A stretch of DNA of 64,000 bases, taken from the NCBI RefSeq assembly GCF_006345805.1, contig NC_043011.1, positions 20,782,464-20,846,463 of the forward strand, given 5' to 3'. The translations under genes were made by a program, and so were the position numbers. Below the pieces are notes generated by a model, which saw only the letters and a program-made list of their open reading frames with translations, was not told the origin of the DNA and ran no database searches. The stretch comes from Octopus sinensis (lineage: Eukaryota). Below, in pieces: positions 24,567 through 37,374 of the stretch. The stretch's first letter is position 1; every line of letters begins with the position of its first letter.

Positions 24567-24610
24567 ACACCTGATGAAGGCTGGAGGGTATATCAGCCAA
24601 AGCGTTGTGT
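24567..24610 (+). ncRNA. Degenerate minimal hammerhead
   Basis: ACAC CUGAUGA A GGCUG-(10 nt)-CAGCC AAAG CG UU/GUGU. GAAA has become AAAG. Confidence 0.5.
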
Positions 24611-24769
24611 TAACAACAAACAAGATGAGGACAAATATCCGCTAAATGTAAATAATGTAAATAATGTACATAATTCCTTATCTCTTAAATATAGAAAAAA
24701 ATATTTATTATCGGTTATTTCAACACTAACATCAGTTCTCACTGTCTATTCTGACTGTGAAAAGTGGGA

Positions 24770-25440
24770 GATAATCATCGGAGGGAATGAAGCTGTAAAG
24801 TGCAATAGGAATGGTCTTCAACTGCTGAAAACGTGCAGAATGTAATCTGCTCATCTCAAATACTATTTCCTGCCTGTCTCACCATAAAAGAATACCATGC
24901 TTGCTCTGGGTACCGGTATATTATTATCAAGTGTGCCACCGTATAGAAGAGCGACTGGTAGAATGTAAAGGTGACCAGAGCCATGCAAGGAGAGACTGCT
25001 GGATTGACCATAGATTTATCATATGTTCCTTCAATGTTTACATTCAGGTCATACTAGAGTCTTGAAGGAGGAAGGCAGATTGTCTTCAAACGGGCTTCGG
25101 TGTCCTTCAAAGAAAATTTCTGTAAGGTGTTGGAGAACAAATTCGACAGCCCAAACCTATCCTTTGCTGGTATGAAAGAAGAATGGGCAGTTTTCAGAGA
25201 CTTTTTTTCACTCAACATCACTATGGATTGGTTGGATGAGAATAACAAAAATATACAGGCTCGCCTGGACTAGAAGAACCGTCTTTCCAGAAGCCACAAG
25301 GAAACTGCTCATTTCCAATTAAGAAGAGTGCTTTTATAGTAGTAAACAGGAATGCTTGGATGAAGTTCAGTCCTGTACAAACAATAACAGTACAAAATAC
25401 TTCTATGAAGCTATAGCAGAAGTGATTTACAATGTCATTG
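24770..25440 (+). mobile_element. RTE-BovB-like endonuclease C-terminus and linker relic
   Basis: Frameshifted KCNRNGLQLLKTC, DCWIDHRFI, DWLDENNKNIQ and EVQSC...KYFYEAI motifs. Confidence 0.7.
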
Positions 25441-25578
25441 TGTGCGATGTTTTCATTTTGACTCAAGGCTTAAATACCCTAATATCGGCTCCACAAGGCC
25501 TTTTCGTTCCAGCGGTCACATGACCACGTAATTAAACGAACCTATTGTTTGTATTGGTTGGTTCCATCTGTCCAATCG

Positions 25579-26006
25579 TGTTGGTGCAACAGTTTATTTT
25601 TCCTTACGTGGGAAATTAATCACCAGATTCTGGGAGCCCACTATTACTAATAAGTACGGCAGTTCTCGATTGTTCTAGGTCTTTGGCACTTGCCACTAGC
25701 CACACGCGCAATTCGTCTCCAGCAACGATGTATCTAACACCAGCCAGTCTCCGCTTTCATCTCCACCAGACGCCTGTCTACATCATTGTCTACAACCTAC
25801 ATCCAAACAGCTGCCTCTACACACCATCAACGGTACGTCAGTTATGTCTCCGATATCAACAGTCCAGCCTTATCACGAAGTTCTCTCACACATCTTTGTA
25901 ATAACCTGTTATGTTAATCCATGTATGGCAATCATTGTATTTTATAACGGAGAATAAAACGTCGCTTACCAGTTCAGTTTCAATATCAAGATGTTTCATT
26001 CCAACA
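25579..26006. mobile_element. Possible LTR
   Basis: TGTTGG...CCAACA ends, internal AATAAA and a purine tract adjacent on the minus strand. No TSD found. Confidence 0.3.
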
Positions 26007-26428
26007 TTATCCTCATTTCTCATCTCCCGTTATAAAGCTTTGAGAACTTCAGCTCTCTGGCTTATCTCGCGTGCGCGAATTTTTTTTCATATTCGTTCAT
26101 AGGAAGTTGTTTTACACCTATTACACACATTTTTTTTTTTGATTTTCTGATAATCGTAACGCCCTATATTAACCTATCTCACTACTGAGTACAGACGGAT
26201 CAACGGTGAAAAGGCAAAGAGATGATCCTTGTAAATTTGGCCAAACATTTCTGCAGAATCTATAACCATTTCGTCACTGTCAATGAGACAGCAATGTTCG
26301 CTCACCACAAGCGGGAATTAACATACCACTGTAGTGGATGTGTGGATGTATTAATAAATACATAAGTTGTTTTGTAATAAATTAGAGATTTATTTACACT
26401 ACATCAATTTGTAAGCAATGCTACACAT

Positions 26429-26536
26429 TGCTTGTACAGAATACATATTAAATAATGCTTGTACAGAATACATATTAAAGAATGCTTATACAGAATACAT
26501 ATTAAAGGATGCTTATACAGAATACATATTAAAGAA
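26429..26536. repeat. 27-bp minisatellite, 4 copies
   Basis: tgcttrtacagaatacatattaaarrr repeated. Confidence 0.85.
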
Positions 26537-26989
26537 GAAGAATATGTTTGATGGTGTGTGTGTGTGAGTAAATCATGCAGGACAGTCACCTTTATGCATA
26601 TTCTCTTGTCGTCTCCAAAAATGCGTAGCGTTCGTTTAGGCGTCGGCTCCGGTTCTCCCTCGGTACCGATTTTTCCGTTCTATTTATAAAATTTCAAATA
26701 GCCAGAAAAATAGATATATCGCAAGACAGTTACTGTTTAAGTAGGTCATCGTTTGTCCAGTTGAACTTCGCCTGACATGGCTCAGGTCAGAGGTCAAAGG
26801 GAGACGATCCATCACTTTTTGTCAGAACAAAGGAATTCTTGATTTCGCGCCTTTGCATGCATTGGTATCTGACGACCGATGATTCTTGGATTTGATTTCG
26901 AATCCAAGCTTAGAGAAGGAAGTGCTAACTCTTACACCACTTACTGATGTTCCTATTGAGAATAAGACCAAGAAGGTTAGAGATGCTCT

Positions 26990-27830
26990 AGCCAGTGGTA
27001 GGTCCTCAACAAGAACATCCGTACTTGGGCCAGGAGTTGCGTCGCATGTCAAAAGAAGAAATCCACGGCCGTATTAAGTCCCCACTCGGTACCTTCGCGA
27101 TACCTGACGTGCGTTTTCAGCACGTACACGTTGACATTGTTGGATCTCTGCATCCTTCCCAGAATTGTACGCACCTACTAACCTGCATCGGCCGATTTTC
27201 CCGATGGCCTGATCTTCCCTCTATCAGATATTTCAACAGAAACCGTCATTAAGACTAGTTTTTCACTGGATATCGCATTTAGGTGCATCCCCTACGATCA
27301 CGACCGACAGAGGACGTCAGTTCGACTCCCACCTTTTCAGCGAGCTCACGTATCTCCTTGGATCTAAGCACTGCCGCATAACAGCCAACCATCCCGCGGC
27401 AAATGGCGCGGTCGAACGTTTTCCCAGGCAGCTGAAGTCTGCTATCAAAGCATATCCTGACATCAATAGCTGGTTGGAATACCTTCCATTTATTCTTTTC
27501 GGTATTCGCGCTGCAGTTAAAAAAAATCGGATACTCACCAGCAGAGTTAGTATGCGGCACCACATTGGCCTTACCTTGTCAAATGGTCATTCCAGTTTCT
27601 CCACAGGACTTTTCAGACCCAGCAATATGTGTTCATCGTTACCGAGCACACATATCCCGTTTCTTAGAAATTAGCTCTTGCCCACAAAATATCGCTACCC
27701 ATGTCCCATCGGACATTAATCAATGGACACACTGGGTACTCGACAGAAAAGCGAAGTATTCCATCGTCAACATAAATGGAAAACGAAATACTATCCGCAT
27801 AGAAGCCATTGTCGAATCCGAATGAGCATC
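26990..27830 (+). mobile_element. Gypsy/Ty3 integrase pseudogene
   Basis: RFQHVHVDIVG...LLTCIGRFSRWP, ITTDRGRQFDS and HPAANGAVERFPRQLK motifs with frameshifts. Confidence 0.88.
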
Positions 27831-28271
27831 ATCATCCACTTTTCCCCCCAAACGGATACAACATCGTCATTTTCCTCTGTGGGCGCCTTAACCTCTCCCC
27901 GGTCAATCCGCACCTAATGGGGACGAAGGTCCGCTGACCTGCCAGATATGTTCAATTGAACACTACATTTCCAAGTGAGCCATTTACATACATTACACAC
28001 CTTTTAATCATTTACCTGTTGAAATTGGGGGAACACTTATTTTTTTCAGTCTATTTCATAAAGTTTTTACTTGTGTTACGAAATTTACAAAAGTCCTACT
28101 TTTGTTATTAACTTTGCTACTCCATAACTGATTGTTGCTTGCATGTTCAAAGTCCTGTACGTATGTATATGTATATGAATTTCCTATGTTTCAGCTTTTT
28201 TTTTCTTTTCCGGCTGTCCTGAAATATTTATTTTGTCCTATGTACATACACATACACTCCAAGCTCGCGTA

Positions 28272-28359
<88 letters not shown>

Positions 28360-28970
28360 TGCACTCATTGCTTGTTTTCTACACCCATTATTCCTATACC
28401 GTTTGTTTTAAAAACTCTCTAGGCGTGGGGAGTAATGTAAGAAATTACTTCTTGGATTATTTGCCAGGAATCGAAACTTTAGCTTAGATTTTTCTACGAA
28501 ATCCTTTCCAGTGTCTTCACCATTCGTACCAAGAGATTTATATGGTCACTTGGTTCTAGTCTTTGAGTTAACGTCCTTAGATCAAAAGCAGGTTAACATT
28601 GATGAGATAATTTACGTTCCATTGCTCTCCGACATACATTCAGCTTTTCAATAGGCATAAATACGAACCTTCACAGAACATTAGAGGTCAGTCGTTTTCG
28701 CTTTCACACACTATTTTTAGCAAGCAGCCCGTCCTTTACAGATACACTGCAAAAATGCCGATTACTATATATAGCTTTGTGTATCGACCTTACGTGAAAT
28801 TCAGAAGAAAATAAAAACTGTAACCAATATCTTTTTTCTGCATGTTCATTATGGTGCATATTACACTTTCTCACAGAGTTTCAACAATGTAACTGATATA
28901 ACCTGTTACACACACAAACACACACATACATACATACACATCTCTTTCTCTCTATATATATATACACATA

Positions 28971-30660
28971 CGAGGGGGTACTCAAAAGTAACCAGAAACG
29001 TTGTCTGAGGAACAAGCTTGTTGTAGTTCAGGCTTCTGCCGCTAGAAACCACTTGACACGAACCCCAGGCATCAGTCTGCTGACCGGCGTCGTAGACTGA
29101 AGTTGTGCTGCCACGTGGTACATCTTTGCTTTGCAGTGCTACTCCTGTGTTCGTCGATTTTTGCGATGGCTGAAACGAAGGGACAACATGTTTCCGTGAA
29201 ATTCTGTTTGCTGCTGGAGAAAACGGCAGCCGAAAGAGTTGTCATCCTTCAAACAGCTTACAAGGACGTTGCCATGAGCAAAACACAAGTTTACGAGTGG
29301 TTTTCACGCTTTAGGAATGGTCATATGTCGCTTGAAGACCAATCTCGTTCAGGGCAACCGTCGACCACCCAAACGAATGAAAACATCACAAAAATGCATA
29401 AACCGATCTTGGAAGACCGTCGCCGAACAATTGACGAACTTGTTGATATTACTGGTGTGTCCTGGCGTTCCTCCCAACGAATTTTGAGCGAAGAATTGCG
29501 AATGAAAATAGTTGCAGCAAAATTTGTGTCTCACTTGCTCACGGGAGATCAAAAGCAGTCACGACTGAATGCGTGTCGTGAACTGACTGAACAGCTGGAA
29601 GTTGATCCAAACCTTTTTTTCGAAAGTCATCGCTGGTGAAAAAAGCTGGTGCTATGGCTACAACCCGGAAACGAAGCAGCAATCAAGTTAACGGAAGTAT
29701 TCAATGTCACTCTCACCCTAAAAAGCGCGTCAAGTGAAGTCCAATGTAAAGACGACGCTGATTTGTTTCATCGATGCGAAAGAAATTGTCCACACAGTAG
29801 TCGTTCTTCTTAGTTAAACTGTTAACAAGACATTGGATCTTTTCGGTTTGAAACGGCAGTTTTCAACGTAATTTCTAGGTAACTAAAAATTTTAAACTTC
29901 GTATACTGGTAGAAAGTGTTTATAAAACATCTTTTTCTCTTGGCTTTATTGAGAAAATTCTATAGTTTGTTGTTTTTCCTTCAATTTCAGCAATTTCAAC
30001 CAATCAATTACGTCTATTGAGATAAAAAAAAACATTCTGTGCCGTATGGATATGTCCCTCGTTTAAGAAACAGATTGGGTTTATTTACATTTGTGAAGAA
30101 AAAAAGATACATTTCCCCCACCCCTAACCCTAACCCTAAAACAGATAGAAATGCAATAGATCGATACTAGGGTCATAATTATGGGTGACAATTTCATATG
30201 ACATCGCTTGAAAAAGCTGCCGTTCAAACCGAAAAGATCCCCAGACATTTTACTTGGAAGTTCTGAAACGTTTGCGAGACACGGTGAGACGAAATGCCTC
30301 GACCAGTGGCTAAGTGGAAAGTGGTGGCTTCATCACGACAATGCGCCTGCGCACACCGCCTTCAGTGTGAGACGGTTTTTGACCCAAAAATGGCATTTTT
30401 CCATTTACCCATCCTCCCCATTCACCCGATCTTGCTCCCTAAAACTTTTCTTTTGTTCCTCCGAATGAGAAAAGCCCTTAAAGGAAAACGTTTTGCAGAT
30501 GTGGAAGCGGTGAAGAAAAAAAATACGACGGGTGGGGGCGTTAAAAGGCATCACTTCACAAGAGTTCTGGGACTGCTTCGAACAGTGGAAAACGCATCTA
30601 GATCGATGCATTACTTCAAATAGAGAATACTTTGAAGGAGATCAAAGTGCAATCATGTAA
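28971..30660 (+). mobile_element. Mariner (DD34D-type) transposon, decayed and interrupted by a MITE
   Basis: TA followed by left end cgagggggtactcaaaagtaacc; MAETKGQHVSVKFC...VYEWFSRFRNG, WCYGYNPETKQQS, WWLHHDNAPAH. Right TIR not seen. Confidence 0.9.
29835..30240. mobile_element. GG-terminated MITE with internal (CCCTAA)n
   Basis: TIR GGATCTTTTCGGTTTGAA..GGCAG; flanks aagacatt/cagacatt duplicate the mariner codons. Confidence 0.85.
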
Positions 30661-30704
30661 AGCTAAGGGAATAAAATAATATCGCAAAATTGTATATATA
30701 TATA

Positions 30705-30765
<61 letters not shown>

Positions 30766-31030
30766 TATATAACTTAGATAAAACTTAGATATGTTTCGAC
30801 CAGAGATTGGTCCAGGCCATGTCTAACTTAATAGCACCACCTGATAGGATTATTCGAATCCTGTTTAAGTCAAGTTTTGTTCAAGTAGTGAGTTCTTGTT
30901 GGGTGAGTTGTATCCAGTTTTGTTCAAGTAGTGAGTTCTTGTTGGGTGAGTTGTATCCAATTATGGGTGGCTTATCTGGTATTCTTTGAAGGAATCTATC
31001 CAGACTCTGTTTGAAGTTGATATATATATA

Positions 31031-31135
<105 letters not shown>

Positions 31136-31539
31136 AAGAGAGAGAGAGAGCAATAAGAAAATGGAGGGTATCAATAGGTGGTATTCATTAACTTTTAGAC
31201 ATCACATTATGTCAATTTATTTATTTATTAAAAGGACAGTATGTATATTGTTATAATTGTCATTTTAGTAAATAAATAAATTGACATAATATAATGTCTA
31301 AAAGTTGATGAATACCACCTAGTGATCCCTTCCATTTTCTTATTGCTCAATAAATTAATGGTAAAAACACTTTTTACCCTTACCCATTTAGTACACTCGG
31401 TATTGTAATTGCCATGCAATGAAAAAACATTTGTGTATTAATAATTGGGTATTCTACCAGCAGTGTATTGGATAGATATTATCCCTTAGTTGGTTGGATT
31501 CACAACCTCTAACTTTCTTTGAATATATATATATGTAGT

Positions 31540-31960
31540 GAAGTGATCCTATACAACAGCGCGCGCGCGCAACGCCCTCTCGCGAATACACGAAGTCCGA
31601 AAGAGGGAATTTTGCTGACGTGGCTTTAGCTGACGTGGCCTTGCTGACGTGGCCTTGCTGACGTGGCCTTAGCAAGGGAGCGTGAGCTTTAACAAAGAGG
31701 CAAGGGAGCGTGAGCTTTAACAAAGAGGCAAGGGAGCGTAAAGGTTGACCATTAGCGTCCGACAGACAGCGACAGGCATTTCACCAAAGCAGACGTTTAA
31801 TTCGCTCTCTCTCCGGTTTTGATAGCAGCAGTCCTTTGGCCGAAGACTTTTAACTTGAATTGTTGCAGTCAAATCATCTTCTTCCTCAGGACGCCATTTT
31901 GGACCCGCTCTGTTTTTGGCGGCTGAACATTGTAAATATTACAATCGATTAACTTTCAGC
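31540..31960. promoter_or_regulatory. CpG-rich island with four tandem TGACGTGG motifs and a CGCCATTTT site
   Basis: gctgacgtggcctt x4 (31614-31670); a 29-bp repeat x2.3; YY1-like site near 31893. Confidence 0.3.
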
Positions 31961-32152
31961 CTTGCGCGCCCAGAACCTAGGACATCAGATATACCACTGA
32001 TTTCTCACCGGTATAAAACAATAAAGTATATCTATTTTTTACATCTGCGTTTTGTGTTTCTTTGACTGGTAGAGTCTGGATATAAAAGCAACGGAAAGTG
32101 ATTGCACCAACTTGCACCCCAAAAGTGCAAGCGGAGATATTCACATATTCGT

Positions 32153-32246
<94 letters not shown>

Positions 32247-32564
32247 ACAATTTAATAAATAAAACATATGCATACATACATACATATATGTACATAACTA
32301 CATCTATATGTATATATACATGCATATATGAGTACAGGACACCACAAATAAACGTAGAACACAACGAGAAACGAAAACATAAAATCAAACAAGGAAACGG
32401 ACTTTTTTAACAACGAAAAAAAAAAACAGAGTACAAGACAAACAATACAAGGAATATCCCCCTTCATCAGCTGCCCCTATATATATATATGATAAACGGA
32501 GAAAAAATAACAACGCGAGGACATTGTACATGCAAACGCTCAGAGAAGGAAAGAAAGAGTGGTT

Positions 32565-32599
32565 GTTTTACGTTTCGGGCAAAGTTCTTCTTCGGAAAC
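32565..32599 (-). ncRNA. Minimal hammerhead, CCGA variant, same family as 17630
   Basis: GUUU CCGAAGA A GAAC-uuu-GCCC GAAA CG UA/AAAC; stem II has two mismatches. More decayed relatives near 35354-35389 (+) and 42366-42401 (-). Confidence 0.5.
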
Positions 32600-32699
32600 A
32601 GGAGACATAGGAAAGTCCAAAAGAAAAAGAGAAAGGAGTGGGGAAAATCGCCAACAGTTCATGTGTAGTTACATTTTCGAAGAGTGTGTGACATGCAGA

Positions 32700-33400
32700 G
32701 TGCCATCAGGCGCTCGTGCTTCTCTCCCAGTCCAGCAACGCCGGTGGCGGGGGTACTACCTCGTTCTTCTATAGAGGGTTAGTAGAGTTCAAGTGAAACG
32801 AAGTCCTGGGAGAAACCCTAGGCTTCGACGAAGATCAACTGGCCAGCCTGTTCCAAAGAACATTCGGGACGGGGCCTATGGATAATTACCAAAAGTCCCT
32901 GGCCTGGTAATGTTACAAAGGAGCTTTACCGGTTCGAGATAAGCTCTTTAGACATGGGTGTGCATCTTTGCCGGTTTGTGCAAGATGCGAGCAGGACAAT
33001 GAAACTGTCCTGCTCGCGACTGTGCAATGCCCCAAGGTGACTGAGCTCTGGGTTTATGTCGAACACTTGCTGTCGCATTCGAGAAGAGTACAACTGTCGA
33101 GCGAATCTGTAATTAAGATCGTTCCGCCGACCTCTCTGAATAGGGAGGAGCGAGCCTGTTTTCTCTCGGTAGTTGCTGTTGCGAAAGAAGTAGTATGGAA
33201 GACGAGAGTGAAAGGAATTGCAACAGGCATGTTCATCTCCAGTTTCGAGCTAATCGACTTTATCGTTTTCCACATGAAACGGAAAATAAGGCTGAAGAAG
33301 AAATGCCTGTCGCAAAGTGTTTCGTAAAAGATGGAAGTCTATAGCAAGTATGTTGCGAGTGAAAGAACCTGTCTAAACGAGAATATAAAAAGGAGAAAGC
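32700..33400 (+). mobile_element. Tx1/L1-like LINE C-terminal fragment, same family as 467-1790
   Basis: CARCEQDNETVLLATVQCPKVTELWVYVE...VAKEVVWKTR. Confidence 0.75.
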
Positions 33401-33649
33401 AAAGTCTTCAGTGTGAGTATGTGGTTTGTGAGATCGACCGCGTCCGCCGCTTCATTTTTGGTAAATCACTCATTCTCATTTAATTGTATGTATTTTAATT
33501 GTTTGTTTGTTCATGCGTTTCGTCTCATTCGATACCCTGACCCCAATGTTTGTTTTGTCTGTCCTCGTATCGTACCCTATTTTTCTCAACCTTATATGGT
33601 TAAGAAATTGACTTTAATAAACATGAACAAAGAGAATGTACTTTCTGGG

Positions 33650-34960
33650 ACGGGAGAGTGCGAAGAATGTTTGGTATCTGTGAGCATGTGTGGGTGTGTG
33701 CACGTGTCTGTGTGTGTGTGTGTGGCAGCGTGTGTGTGTGTGTGGCAGTAACTGGGTGCGTGTGTGAGCGTGTAGGGGTAACTCTGTGTGTGTGTGTGTG
33801 TGTGGAAGTAACTGGGTGCGTGTGTGCGCGTGTAGGAGTAACTCTGTGTGAGTGTGTGTGTGTGTGTGTGGTATTAACTGTTTACATGTGTTTATGTGAG
33901 TGATCAATGTGTGTGTCTGTTAATGTCGTTGTGAGAGGTCAGCAGCTATAGTGACAGGTGTGTGTATGGGTGGTTGTGAATTTTTGCACGTGTGCGTTGA
34001 TGGGGTGGTCCGGTAGTAGTCGGGGAGTCCTACTCTGTCTCTGTTGCTCTGTCTCTCGTTCTTTCTCTCTGTATATGTATGTATGTATAGGTGTATTCGT
34101 GTGTACGTGTGGGGATGTGTGTGTAGAGCGTGTGAATGAGTGTGGAAGTGTATGTATGCGTGTATGTGTGTGTATGTGTATGTTGTGTGCGTTGAGGTAC
34201 ACGTGCGTGCTTGTATGTGCGCGTGTGTGTATGTACGTCTGTGTATGTATGTGTGTGTACATATATGTGTGTACATATATGTGTTTTGTGTGCGTGCGTG
34301 TGTGTATGTATGTGTGCGTGTGTGTATATGTGTGTGTACGTGTGTGTATATATGTGTGTGAAGGTATATGTGCGTCCGTGTGTGCGCGTGTATGTGCGTG
34401 TGTGTGTATGTATGTGTGCGTGTGTGCATATGTACGTGTGTGTATGTATGTGTGTGTTGTGTGTGTGGAAGTATATGTGCATTCGTGTGTATGTGCGTGT
34501 ATGTACGTGTCTGTGTATGTATGTGTGTGCATGTATGTATGTTGTATGTGTGTTGTGTGTGTGGAGGTATATATGCGTTCATGTATGTGTGTGCGTGTGT
34601 ATGCATGTGTGTACATGTATGTGTGTGTTGTGTGTGTGGAGGTATATGTGCGTTCATGTGTGTGCAGGGTGTATGTGTGCGTGTGTGTATGTGTTGTGTG
34701 TGTGGAGGTATATGTGTCTTCATGTGTGCGTGGACAGAGTGGGAATGTGTACATGTGTGTGCGTGTGTGAACACAAGTGTGGGTGTGCATGTACCTATTT
34801 CTATGTGTCACTCTGTAGCGTGTATGTGTGGAAGTGTATGTACGTGCGTGTATGTGTGTGTATGTTGCATGTAGAGGGTTGAATGTGTGATGTTATGTGT
34901 GCATTAGTGTGTGTGTGTGTATGTGTGCATGTGAGAGAAGGAGAGGGGTGGTGGTATGTG
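33650..34960. repeat. Large compound (TG/TA) microsatellite; similar (CA)-rich tract at 15400-16140
   Basis: Directly visible; explains the long H/T- and V/C-rich pseudo-ORFs. Confidence 0.9.
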
Positions 34961-35481
34961 GTGCCTGGTATTGGAATAGGAGATAAAAAAGTAATACAAT
35001 AATATATAGGAATTGGTAAAACAAGACCAGAAGGGGAAAAGATGGTATCAACAAACCAGGGACAAAAATAAAAAATAAGATAATAAAATAAGACATAAAA
35101 ATAAAATAAAATATAATAAAAAATTAATTAAATAAATAATAAGATAATAAAAAAATAAATATTTAAATTAAAATATAAATTAAAAAAATAAAATATAAAA
35201 ATAAAAAGATAAAAAACAGAAAATGATAAATAAACAAGTACAACAGTAACAGAAATAAAGTAAAAATATGACTAAAAATTGAATAATGTAACTGCGTTGG
35301 CGATTTTTTTCCTCCATCTTCCCTTCTTTGGATCTTTCCTTTTCCTATGTTTCTGGCGAAGAGCTCCACTCAATACGTTAAACCTTCCATCTTTCCTGAT
35401 CGTCCAATAACACTATACTTGTTCCACGTCCTCGTGTTGTTGTGTTTTCATGTTTGGATTAACTAAATATATATATCATCA

Positions 35482-35832
35482 TCATCATCATCGTTTAACG
35501 TCCGTTCTCCATGCTAGCATGGGTTAGACGGTTCAACCGGGGATCTGGGAAGCCAGAAGGCTGCACCAGGCTCCAGTCTGATCTGGCAGTGTTTCTACAG
35601 CTGGATGCCCTTCCTAACGCCAACCACTCCGTGAGTGTAGTGGGTGGTTTTTACGTGCCACCTGCACAGGTGCCAGGTGAGGCTGGCAACGGCCACGATC
35701 AGATTGGTGCATTTTACGTGCCACCAGCATGGAAGCCAGTCAAGGCAGTGCTGGCATCGGCCACGATTCGGATAGTGATTTTTACGTGCCACCGGCACGG
35801 AAGCCAGTCTAGGCGGTGCTGGCATCGGCCAC
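35482..35832 (-). mobile_element. RTE 3'-tail element with about 3 array units
   Basis: Reverse complement of the 13247-13741 tail. Shorter tail pieces at 12509-12558, 18050-18145, 42492-42545 and 62283-62372. Confidence 0.8.
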
Positions 35833-35837
35833 GTTCA

Positions 35838-35872
<35 letters not shown>

Positions 35873-35922
35873 CATGTATATATATATATTATATATATAT
35901 ATATATATAATTATTACATTAT

Positions 35923-37233
35923 ATAAAAGGGCTTAGTAAAATAACTTTGCCGCATACTGAACTCATTAGAAATAGCAGCCAAAAAAAACTTTTCTAAAAC
36001 TATTTCTAATACTTAAAGAAAACCTCTCTCATATAGTGTTTGCTCAATTCAACTCACGGAAGTATGGGGGTGAGAGACATTAAAAAATCAAATGCAAAGG
36101 TTATTTGGAGAATGTACGTTTCAAGATTAGTCAAACTCGACATTTCTATCATCAGCTCAGAACTCCCTGGTTTGGATTTGAAAACACTGAAAGTGGAGCA
36201 TACCCTTTCGGCTTCTTCTCGCTTCTGAAGATCTGCTCGACACTAACAGTGCCAACAAACTCAAAAATGCAAGCGAAGAATTTCTGCTCTCCCCTTTCCA
36301 CCAGCGTGGGTTAAAATCAGTAAACACTATGCTTTTTTCGGTAAAATCCAAGGCAATATATAGAGAGAATGAATTATAATTTCAACAATTGAGGGTAAAA
36401 TTAATTAATTAATCAATTTCACCAAGTATTCAGTATGCAAAGGGACCATTTAAGGCGAATTCAAATTATTACATTATATAAAAGGGCTTAGTAAAATAAA
36501 TTACTTTGCCGCATACTGAACTCATTAGAAATAGCAGCCAAAAAAAATAAACTTTTCTAAAACTATTTCTAATACTTAAAGAAAACCTCTCTCATATAGT
36601 GTTGCTCAATTCAACTCACGGAAGTAGGGGTAGAGACATTAAAAAATCAAATGCAAAGGTTATTTGAGAACGTACGTTTCAAGATTAGTCAAACTCGACA
36701 TTTCTATCATCAGCTCAGAACTCCCTGGTTTGGATTTGAAAACACTGAAAGTGGGAGCATACCCTTTCGGCTTCTTCTCGCTTCTGAAGATCTGCTCGAC
36801 ACTAACAGTGCCAACAAACTCAAAAATGCAAGCGAAGAATTTCTGCTCTCCCCTTTCCACCAGCGTGGGTTAAAATCAGTAAACACTATGCTTTTTTCGG
36901 TAAAATCCAAGGCATTATATAGAGAGAGATGAATTATAATTTCAACAATTGAGGGTAAAATTAATGTTTTTTAATGTCTCTACCCCCATACTTCCGTGAG
37001 TTGAATTGAGCAAACACTATATGAGAGAGGTTTTCTTTAAGTATTAGAAATAGTTTTAGAAAAGTTTTTTTTGGCTGCTATTTCTAATGAGTTCAGTATG
37101 CGGCAAAGTAATTTATTTTACTAAGCCCTTTTATATAATGTAATAATTTGAATTCGCCTTAAATGGTCCCTTTGCATACTGAATACTTGGTGAAATTGAT
37201 TAATTAATTAATTTTACCCTCAATTGTTGAAAT

Positions 37234-37235
<2 letters not shown>
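35923..37235. repeat. Approximately 550-nt unit in two tandem copies plus an inverted segment
   Basis: attacattatataaaagggcttag near 35923 and 36467; 36961-37235 is inverted. Confidence 0.8.
36665..36717 (-). ncRNA. Type I hammerhead motif in an approximately 550-nt tandem unit; second copy at 36107-36159
   Basis: UGAG CUGAUGA ...(imperfect stem II)... GAAA C-GUAC-GUU/CUCA with palindromic AACGUACGUU. Confidence 0.6.
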
Positions 37236-37273
<38 letters not shown>

Positions 37274-37374
37274 TGTTTGGTTTGGATTCCGTAGCACTCA
37301 ATACATGTAACTCCCAATAAATGTGTTACGTGCCCTTTCTTTCATTTGTCCACTCATTTGTAAATATATATGCA

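Noticed and set aside
29103-29639. Domesticated or active mariner transposase
   Set aside because: Frameshifts, stop codons and a MITE insertion disrupt the catalytic domain.
30780-30825. Minus-strand GACCA-aucuc-UGGUC GAAACAUAUC
   Set aside because: The CUGANGA box is absent; at most a deleted relic.
32440-32475. Minus-strand CUGAUGA AGGGGAUAUUCC
   Set aside because: No GAAA or NUH downstream.
33614-34882. Long ORFs of up to 290 aa rich in H/T or V/C
   Set aside because: Translations of (CA)n/(TG)n microsatellite; the same applies to the many YIYI ORFs.
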